Positions 56,695-64,000 of a stretch of 64,000 bases of DNA are shown here, piece by piece (the first letter of the stretch is position 1; every line of letters starts with the position of its first letter). A program made the translations under genes and the position numbers. The notes beneath the pieces were generated by a model. It had not been told where the DNA came from, did not search any database, and saw only the letters and a list, made by a program, of their open reading frames with translations. Origin of the DNA: a virus; the IMG/VR virus record IMGVR_UViG_3300036861_000632, positions 29,587-93,586 of that record; one strand, 5' to 3'.

Positions 56695-59625
56695 CTACAC
56701 CTCCACATACTCAAACTCCGGCAGAGTCTCAGAGAACGTGAATTCTACGGTACAAACGCTCGAATTCGCCCCATCCCCACGCCCAACGCCATCCGTCAGT
56801 TGCAGGAACGTCCAGCGTTTGCGGATGCGTGGCGGTTCGTGGTATCGGCTGGATGGTTCATCGCCGCCGCCCGTCCCATCGTAGAACGGCAGCGCCCGGC
56901 ACTTCGTCACCCAAGTCATGCACGCCGTTTCCGTCGGCGCCGTCACACTGCCGGAAACCGTCCGGCTCCCTTCCTTGATCCCGCAATCCTGCGGGATGCT
57001 CACCCCGTCCGGCAACGCCTTGAACTGCCAGCGCGTGCCGCTGTAAACCATGTCCTCATCGAGCGAACAATTGATGACCGCCGCCTCGCTCGTGAGGGGC
57101 GACTCGTAATTGTCCGTGAAATCCAAACCCGTCACATGCTCAAGCGCATCCCCGTAACGTTCGCGCGTCGAATCGCGTTCACTATCCAGATGCTTCGCGG
57201 ACCCGACCAGACTGGTCAACAGGGCATCGAGCTTGTTGCCGCCCGTGCCCGCCTCGGCCGCCGCGATCATGGCCGCCCCGCCAAAGAACCGCCCTTGAAC
57301 CGTGACGCGCCGGACTAGGTTCACGTAATCGAGCTTCACCTTGAAGCCGTACTTGATCGAATACGCCCCGACCGTTTTCGCCTGATAGACCTCGAATGAG
57401 AAATCCAGCCGGATTTGCAACTCAGCGTAGCTGCCAAGACCAGCCCACGTCGCCTCGCCGGAATAGCTGCCCTGCTCAACCTTGTGGCGGGCGTCCACGG
57501 TCGATTCGTTGCGCACCGCCTGGCCGTTGTAGGCGTCGCGGACCTGAGCCAGATAGGCAGCCCGCGCCACGGTGTTGTCGCTCGCCACAACGAAGCCAGA
57601 GACGCGCAACACCTTCTCCCCGAAGACAGCTTCCTCGGTCGAAGCACTGACTTCCATGTAGATGCGCGTGCCCTTCACGCGGTATTCAAACGTGAACTCC
57701 AGCGTGACGAAATCAGGCAACTCAGACTCGCCAACCTGCCGGTCGCTCCGGGTGATCCGCGAACGGTCAAGGAACGTGTGCTTGTTAGCGCCCAGCGCCA
57801 GCGCCTTCGTCAGCGCGGCGGCGTAGGCGGCATCGGCATCGGCTCCGCTGGCGGTCACGCTGCCGGAATAGGTCAGGCCCGACAGCCCGCTCTTTACGTC
57901 AATGTCACCGGGAACGACGTTGACCTTGAAGGAGAGGATGTTGGAGGCCCGTTGCCGGTATGTTTCCGTGAACGTGAAAACCGAATTGGAGGTTCCGTCA
58001 TCGCAGTCGATGTAGCTCGGCTCAATCTGTGAATTGAGCAGCTTGCCCGCGGCGAATCCATTGGCCGCCAGTGCAGACGGCCGCAACAGTTCGAGCTTGG
58101 CGCGGGCGACGATTTCAGTGGTCGCCTCGACCTTGCCGGACAGAGTGAGCATTTGATCGCCACTCTCGCGGTCGAGTGAAATGGCCGCCTTGAATTGCGC
58201 GGTGGCATACCCATCCTCATCTGGGAACAAGGTGTAGCTCGCCTGCAACTGCCATTTGATGCGAGTCACGGCTTTGTCGATGGTCGCGCGGAAGTCGTCA
58301 ACCCTGACAAGCTTGTTGAAAAAGCGGTTGCTGGGCGGCCCGTAGGTAAGCCGGCCGTCCTTGCCATTGACGGCCGTTTCCCATTCTTCAATCCGCGCCA
58401 GCATGTCCACCCGGCGAACCGTCACGGAATCGGCGCGATTGGCGACATACTCGCCGGAAATGACGACCATCCCGCCCGCCCGCTCGCGCAGGTTTTTCAG
58501 TTCCATGAACCGCTGGGATTTGTAAGCGCGCTCCACCTTCTCGACGTGCCCAAGGTTGATGGACGAACCCGTGCCGGTCTTGGTAAAGGCAATGGGCAAC
58601 CGATCCGCCCCGTCCGCCAGATCCCGGTAAGCCTCCGTGAAGTTGATCTCCAGAAACGCCGTGCCGTCGTCGCAGTCGATGTTCTTGTCCCAAAGCTGGC
58701 GTTTGTCGAGAACGGCGTAAAGGAACCCGGCGTCCGAAAGGATGGCATTCCGCAACGTCGCGAGCTTCGTCACCGCCGCCGCCTTGTCGTTGGCAGCTAC
58801 CTTGCCCGAAATAGTCAGGATGGCATTCGATGTTTCGGCGAAGTCCTCATCCTTTTCGACCGTGAACTCGGCGGTCGCATAGTCTGCCTCGTCGGGATGG
58901 ACCGTGTAACTGAACGCCATGCGCCAGACGATGCCGTTGACGCCTTGATTGACCTCCGCCGCGAACGAATCGACCCGGACGGTACGATCGAAGAAACCGC
59001 CATAGGACAGATCGCCGCTCTTGCCGTTCAGCGCGGTTGACCATTCGGCGATGCGGGCTTCGAGCCAGGTGCGCTGGGCGTCGAGTGTGTCATTCGGATT
59101 GGCCAGCCATTCGCCCTCGGCATGGATGACCGACCGCACGCTCTCCCGAATGTCGCGCATCGGATGGAACCGGGTCGTGTTCCATTCAGGACGCCAGACG
59201 GTGACGTGGCCCAGCGTGAAATCCGCCGAGCTATCCGTGTCGGTGAACTCCAGTTCAAGGTGCGTTGAGGCGGTCGAAAGATTGACCTGATATGTGACGG
59301 TGATAGTCAGCCGTTGCTGATAGGTGCCCCATGCGTTCGGGTCTTCGGGCAGATTGTGGCTGGCGACGATGACGGGGCGGTTGAGGTATTCCGTGCCGTC
59401 ATCGTCCTGAATCAAGAGCGTGACGTAACCCTTGGCGAGCGAATTGCGCGCGGCGGTGATGGCGGCCGTGTTGAGCTTGTAACTCTGCTCCCACGTTTCG
59501 AGTTGCAGGACGAGCGTGCGCGTCTCCTTGTTCGGCAGCTTGAGTCCGCCGTTCTCGGACGCCTGACTCATCAGGCTCACTTCGCCGAGCGCGTGAATCG
59601 AAATGCTGTCGAGCCAGAGTTTCAT
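56695..59625 (-). CDS. Tail protein built from internal repeats
   Basis: 976 aa, coupled to the TMP. Two ~215-aa repeats (LGHV...RF...GE..AN...ARI.EW..A.NGK...VRVD.F...SYT..PDE..YATA.F...IDCDDGT). Confidence 0.7.
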   Translation of the reverse strand: MKLWLDSISIHALGEVSLMSQASENGGLKLPNKETRTLVLQLETWEQSYKLNTAAITAARNSLAKGYVTLLIQDDDGTEYLNRPVIVASHNLPEDPNAWGTYQQRLTITVTYQVNLSTASTHLELEFTDTDSSADFTLGHVTVWRPEWNTTRFHPMRDIRESVRSVIHAEGEWLANPNDTLDAQRTWLEARIAEWSTALNGKSGDLSYGGFFDRTVRVDSFAAEVNQGVNGIVWRMAFSYTVHPDEADYATAEFTVEKDEDFAETSNAILTISGKVAANDKAAAVTKLATLRNAILSDAGFLYAVLDKRQLWDKNIDCDDGTAFLEINFTEAYRDLADGADRLPIAFTKTGTGSSINLGHVEKVERAYKSQRFMELKNLRERAGGMVVISGEYVANRADSVTVRRVDMLARIEEWETAVNGKDGRLTYGPPSNRFFNKLVRVDDFRATIDKAVTRIKWQLQASYTLFPDEDGYATAQFKAAISLDRESGDQMLTLSGKVEATTEIVARAKLELLRPSALAANGFAAGKLLNSQIEPSYIDCDDGTSNSVFTFTETYRQRASNILSFKVNVVPGDIDVKSGLSGLTYSGSVTASGADADAAYAAALTKALALGANKHTFLDRSRITRSDRQVGESELPDFVTLEFTFEYRVKGTRIYMEVSASTEEAVFGEKVLRVSGFVVASDNTVARAAYLAQVRDAYNGQAVRNESTVDARHKVEQGSYSGEATWAGLGSYAELQIRLDFSFEVYQAKTVGAYSIKYGFKVKLDYVNLVRRVTVQGRFFGGAAMIAAAEAGTGGNKLDALLTSLVGSAKHLDSERDSTRERYGDALEHVTGLDFTDNYESPLTSEAAVINCSLDEDMVYSGTRWQFKALPDGVSIPQDCGIKEGSRTVSGSVTAPTETACMTWVTKCRALPFYDGTGGGDEPSSRYHEPPRIRKRWTFLQLTDGVGRGDGANSSVCTVEFTFSETLPEFEYVEV

Positions 59626-62600
59626 TGGTGTGGATTTTGCGGCACAACTGGATAGCCGAAAGATTCATCCCTTGCCAGCTTGCTGTTTAACCGCTCGTTC
59701 AACAGGGTCATCGAAGTCGAAAGCTGAATGACGATTTCGTTCAGGCCGCTCATGCTGTCGGTCGATTTCTTAGCCTCGCTGTTGAACCCCACCAGTCCAT
59801 CTACATTCGAGGCTGAAATGCCTCCAGTTGGAAGGCTGCTCTTGCCAGCCGGAATTGATTGAATGGAGCGCAATTCTTCCAGCTTCTTGATGGCACCTTC
59901 CATCTGGTCCTTGAAGAAAACAGCCTTGGTGGTTTCGCCGCCGCGAGAGGCTTCTTCCATCACCCGATTCAACCCGGCAATGTGCTTTTCCCATCGCCGG
60001 ATTTCTTCCTGACGCTCGAATCCGGCGCGTGCCGGGCCTTGGATTTCGATGGGGATGCGGTCAGGCGTCGAGCGGGGTTGCGGCGCGACATCCGCGCGCA
60101 CCCCGGTATTCGGCTGCGTGAAATCGCGCGGCTTGGGCAGGTTGCGCGTGCGGCGGGTGATCTCGTCCTGAATCTGTTCTTCGGTGGGCCGCTCCGTTCC
60201 AAAGACTTTCTTGAAGGTTTTACGCCCGGCCCGCTCCTCATCGGCGAAATCGCGCTGCTTGAAGAAATCGGTTCGCTCAAACAAATCCTTCCGCGCGTCC
60301 GGTGCCATCGAGAAAATACGTCCGGCGGTCAGGTTCTTCGGATCAACCTGACTCGTGGCCAGCTTGCGCAACAACTCCGCCGGACCAGCCCCCAGCAAGC
60401 CCTTCTCGAATTCACGGTTCGCCTTGCGCGTCGATTCCGTGCGTTCCTCGGCCAGCGTCAGCAGGCGCTCGTGAAGTTTGATCAGCGCCTCGGCCTGCTT
60501 GCGCTCGCTGGTCATCAATTCGATGGTCTGATTGTCAAACCGCTGCTCCTTGCCGGGCACGCCGCGCACCGCATTCAGTTCCTCCTTAGTCTTGGCGATC
60601 TTCTCGTTGAGCTTTTCATACTGGTTGACCAGCTTCTCAGCCTCGGTGTCACCCTGCGCGAAGGCGTTGGCCTGCGTCGCGGCAAAGCCGGCGATGAGAT
60701 TCTGAGCATCGGCCATTTCGGTCATCAGCTTGACCGTGGGGTCTTCCTTTCCGGCCAGCTTGGGCTTTAGCTTGAGCAGCGCCTCATCGGCTTGTTTCTG
60801 CAAATTCTGCCGGTGAATCTGGTCCTCGCCTGCCGGTGTTTTGTCGAATTCCTCGCCCTTGAGTTCGATGCCTTTTTTCTTACCCTGGAGTTCGTCAATG
60901 CGTATTAAGACCGCCTCAATTTCGAGGAGCTTCGTCTTTTCAGCCTCGCGCAACCGCAGGTTATCATCCCTTAACTTCGCCCGGACGTTTTCTGTGTCTC
61001 CCGTTGAGAGGTCCGGGGCAGCCTGCTCGGTAAGGGCATAATTCGATTTTGTGCGTGCATAAATTGCATCCAGCAATTTTTGGGCTTCTTCCCTGCGCTT
61101 CAGAATCTCATCACTGATCGGCTTGATGTCTTCAGTGAATTTATTCCGCGTGGTTCCGCCGGCCTCACTGACACCCTTGAAGTAAGCCTTCTGGTCGTCG
61201 ATAACCTTCTGCCAGTAGCCGATGGCGATTTGCAATCCTTGAATCTCCAATGTGAGCTTGTCCGATCGGTTTCCGCCTTCGCCCATCTGCTGATAGAGTT
61301 GGCCGATGGATTCCACTGTGGTCTTATGCCGCTCCAGCAGGCTTTGATAAATTAAATCCTTGTCGATAAGCCGCTGAAGGGCTTCCTCGTTACTCTTGAG
61401 TTCATCCACGAGAACGGCCGTCATCTTGGCCCGGTAGCCGCTCTGCTCGTCCCGTAATTTTTTGATTTCTTCGCCTCGCGAGACGTTGCTTTTCAACCGC
61501 ATCAATCCCTTTGGGTTCTCATACTCCGCAATCCGACGGGCGACGTTTGCTTCGGACTTAGCCAATTCTTCCATTTGCCGCTTCCGATCCTGAGCTTCGC
61601 GCGCCACCCAGCCTGCTGAGATTCGTGCGAGGTCCACGCCGATTTGCCCCATCTCGTTTGCCTTGAGCATCAACTGCCACTGCTCATTGAGCGCCTTTGT
61701 CTTGGCTTCATTCGCGGATTGCTCTGCTTGGCTCTGACCGGATTCCTTCGGATATGCGATTTCCGCAACCGTCGCGAGGAGCTTTGATTTCTTTCCGAAA
61801 TCCGCATTGGAGTTGAGCACTTCCTGCGCGACGCCAATCAACCGGATGCTCATGGCGGCTGCCTGTGCCGCCTTGTCTGCCCGTTCTGCTGCCTGCGCGA
61901 GCTTGTCCAGTTTGTCCGTCAGCTTGTCGTTGCTCAGTCCGGCTGCATCGGAAAATTCGTTCCACGCTTTCGATAGGGCGTAAATTATCCCCAGTACGAT
62001 CCCAAGATGCGCCGCTGCTTTTACCGCGCCAATAGCCAGGGCTGGCACCGCGTTCAATGAAGTAACCGTGCCCGGCACCGGAGCCTTGGCGTCGGGCAAC
62101 GGGCCGATGAATCCCTTCGGCGCATTCAGCTTCGCGCCCGCCATTGATTGCGCCAGCGTGCCCCAACCGCCTGCCGTCCTGATTAGCGCGCCATGCAAAT
62201 CCCCCATTGCGTTCCTGATTGCCTGCCCGGTGTTCCTGAGAATGCCGCCCTTGACGTTGACGCTCTCCATTGCCATTGCAGTTACGCCAAGCCGGGCGAC
62301 GAGTGCGATCAACGAACCGCCAATCAGTCCTACCGCACCGGCGCCCACGGGTGTATTCGCGAACCGCAACAGATTTGTAAACGCTTTCGTAACCTGCATC
62401 AGCATGTTGGACAAACCAACATCCTGACCCGTGCGTGACTGAATCGCCACGAACCGTTCCCACTCACTCGCCAGCGCGGTGAGTTGCGCCTTCATCGTCG
62501 CTTTGATCTTCGCGTTTTCTTCCTCGGCGCTGTTGAGGTTGAGTTGCGCCTGAATTGCCAGCACTTGCGAGCGGATATAGTTGTCGAGAATCGACGCCAT

Positions 62601-64000
62601 GCGGGATGCTTGGTTCTTGCCGGCAACGGAGAACAGCATCGTCTGTTGCTCCGCTTCGCCCAGCGCCATATACTTCACATACAGTTCCGAGAACAGCGCG
62701 CTCATGTTCTTGAGTTCATCGCCGCCCTCCGCCGTGACCTCGAACTTGTAATCCTTGCGGAGAATGTCCCGCACGTTGGAAGAAGCCAGCGAACCGATGA
62801 TGCTCTTGATGGCGTTGCCGAAGTTAGGACCTGTTCCGCCACTTCCGCCAACACCCGCGCCAATGATGGCCATGAGTTCGACCAGCGGAATCTTCGCCTG
62901 CGCCGCGATGCCGGCCACGCGCGCCACACCGTCGAACATCGCCCGGTTGGTGACGTTGTAGGTGTTCGAGATCGAATTGATCTGGCCCAGCAATCCGGGC
63001 AACTCGCCCACAGACAGCTTGTACGCCTGCATGATGGTGGACAGCCGATCCGTCGATTCGGCCACTGTCATTTCCGCCACGTTCGCCGCCATCATGGACG
63101 TGCGGACGGCGGTGTTCGTGGCGACGCGGCCAAGGCCAAGGCGCGTCCACGAGATCGTCGCCTCCATTGATTCGTTGACGGCGCGGCCGTTGATGGACGC
63201 CATCCGCATCACGTCATCAGCCAGACCGCGTGATTCGGTGCGGGAGCCACGGAAGACTTGCTCCAGCCGCGCCATTTGATAGCCCGTGTTGACCATCGAG
63301 GTCATGCCCTGCCGGGCGAGTGCAAGGGAGCCGTAAAGGATACCCACTGACGCGGCCCAAGTCGCGACGTGCCGCGTGTTGTCGAGCAGGTTCTTGCCGA
63401 CTTTGTAGGTGGCGGCGTCGAGACGGAGGGTTTGCTGGGCGGCGGCAGCCGTGGCATTCGAGTAGAGATTGAGATTACGGGCGGCTTCAGCCTTGAAGTT
63501 GTCAGCCTGCGGGCGTGCCGCCTTGTCGCCGGCCTTGTAGCGCGCATCGGCTTCGAGGGCGAGCGATTGGGCCTTCAACTGGTTGGCCTTGTGCATCGCC
63601 GCCTGCGAGTTCAGTTCCTCGATGCTCAACTGGCCGGGCGTCTTGCCCTTCATCCCGGCCGGGCTGTAGATGGCTTCCTTACGCTTGGCGTGGGCTTCGA
63701 GTTCGTCGGACTGGTGCCGTGAGTAGGCGGAAGCGGCATCCGTGCGGGCGGCCTGTTCAAGCCGGGCTTTCTCCTTGGCCTTGGCATCGTCCAGTATCTT
63801 TTGCTGCCGGCGTTGCTCGCGGTTAAAGTCGTCTGCCTTGGCCTTGGCATCGGCTTCCTGCTTGTCCCTTCCAGCAAAGACGGTTGATCCTTTCTCGGCA
63901 CGAGCCTGTTCAAGCCGGGCTTTCTCCTTGGCCTTGGCATCGTCCAGTATCTTTTGCTGCCGGCGTTGCTCGCGGTTAAAGTCGTCTGCCTTGGCCTTGG
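59622..64000 (-). CDS. Tape measure protein (5' end outside window)
   Basis: >1450 aa, helical, with a TP901-like core (WTRLG...AANVAEM...STDRLSTIMQAY...GNAIKSI). Frame stays open upstream of 63653. Confidence 0.85.
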   Translation of the reverse strand, partial: KAKADDFNREQRRQQKILDDAKAKEKARLEQARAEKGSTVFAGRDKQEADAKAKADDFNREQRRQQKILDDAKAKEKARLEQAARTDAASAYSRHQSDELEAHAKRKEAIYSPAGMKGKTPGQLSIEELNSQAAMHKANQLKAQSLALEADARYKAGDKAARPQADNFKAEAARNLNLYSNATAAAAQQTLRLDAATYKVGKNLLDNTRHVATWAASVGILYGSLALARQGMTSMVNTGYQMARLEQVFRGSRTESRGLADDVMRMASINGRAVNESMEATISWTRLGLGRVATNTAVRTSMMAANVAEMTVAESTDRLSTIMQAYKLSVGELPGLLGQINSISNTYNVTNRAMFDGVARVAGIAAQAKIPLVELMAIIGAGVGGSGGTGPNFGNAIKSIIGSLASSNVRDILRKDYKFEVTAEGGDELKNMSALFSELYVKYMALGEAEQQTMLFSVAGKNQASRMASILDNYIRSQVLAIQAQLNLNSAEEENAKIKATMKAQLTALASEWERFVAIQSRTGQDVGLSNMLMQVTKAFTNLLRFANTPVGAGAVGLIGGSLIALVARLGVTAMAMESVNVKGGILRNTGQAIRNAMGDLHGALIRTAGGWGTLAQSMAGAKLNAPKGFIGPLPDAKAPVPGTVTSLNAVPALAIGAVKAAAHLGIVLGIIYALSKAWNEFSDAAGLSNDKLTDKLDKLAQAAERADKAAQAAAMSIRLIGVAQEVLNSNADFGKKSKLLATVAEIAYPKESGQSQAEQSANEAKTKALNEQWQLMLKANEMGQIGVDLARISAGWVAREAQDRKRQMEELAKSEANVARRIAEYENPKGLMRLKSNVSRGEEIKKLRDEQSGYRAKMTAVLVDELKSNEEALQRLIDKDLIYQSLLERHKTTVESIGQLYQQMGEGGNRSDKLTLEIQGLQIAIGYWQKVIDDQKAYFKGVSEAGGTTRNKFTEDIKPISDEILKRREEAQKLLDAIYARTKSNYALTEQAAPDLSTGDTENVRAKLRDDNLRLREAEKTKLLEIEAVLIRIDELQGKKKGIELKGEEFDKTPAGEDQIHRQNLQKQADEALLKLKPKLAGKEDPTVKLMTEMADAQNLIAGFAATQANAFAQGDTEAEKLVNQYEKLNEKIAKTKEELNAVRGVPGKEQRFDNQTIELMTSERKQAEALIKLHERLLTLAEERTESTRKANREFEKGLLGAGPAELLRKLATSQVDPKNLTAGRIFSMAPDARKDLFERTDFFKQRDFADEERAGRKTFKKVFGTERPTEEQIQDEITRRTRNLPKPRDFTQPNTGVRADVAPQPRSTPDRIPIEIQGPARAGFERQEEIRRWEKHIAGLNRVMEEASRGGETTKAVFFKDQMEGAIKKLEELRSIQSIPAGKSSLPTGGISASNVDGLVGFNSEAKKSTDSMSGLNEIVIQLSTSMTLLNERLNSKLARDESFGYPVVPQNPHQ
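63751..64000. repeat. Exact 97-bp direct repeat with 153-bp period inside the TMP
   Basis: 63751-63847 equals 63904-64000. Confidence 0.9.

Noticed and set aside
63650-63940. 96-aa ORF and a TMP start at 63653
   Set aside because: The TMP frame is open beyond 63653 to the window edge, so the short ORF is an alternate-frame shadow.
1-64000. Integrase/att sites, tRNAs, reverse transcriptase (DGR/retron), inteins, lysis genes
   Set aside because: No recognisable motifs seen by eye. They may lie outside the window, so lifestyle cannot be assigned.

Overview
The window is a GC-rich 64 kb stretch of a tailed dsDNA phage or prophage. I found no host housekeeping genes, integrase, tRNA or CRISPR array. 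The DnaB resembles Verrucomicrobiota DnaB as I recall it, so that host is an unverified guess. The left arm (1-34.2 kb, minus strand) carries the portal, large terminase, two DNA methyltransferases, two large tail proteins and a replication/recombination block: VRR-NUC, RecE-like exonuclease, Sak4-like ATPase, HNH genes, DnaB, an initiator, a HerA-like ATPase, a minimal PolX, a MazG-like protein and a DEDDh exonuclease. A ~1.8 kb non-coding switch region (34.2-35.95 kb) is dense in palindromes and origin-like sequence. The plus-strand early block (35.96-56.6 kb) holds about 45 small genes separated by structured hairpins, plus a 1300-aa methyltransferase-SNF2 helicase. The right end (minus strand) encodes a repeat-built tail protein and the tape measure protein, which runs off the window. 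Four patterns stand out. (1) Two paralogous initiator-like cassettes each carry their own phased repeat both in the promoter and inside the gene, and an orphan third repeat array sits next to one of them. (2) An origin-like 'initiator linker' lies outside any gene, while the main initiator appears to lack that linker. (3) A cluster of host-type operator palindromes includes a parS-like site. (4) Neighbouring genes repeatedly share duplicated 5' ends. All functional calls come from motif recognition by eye, not from database searches.
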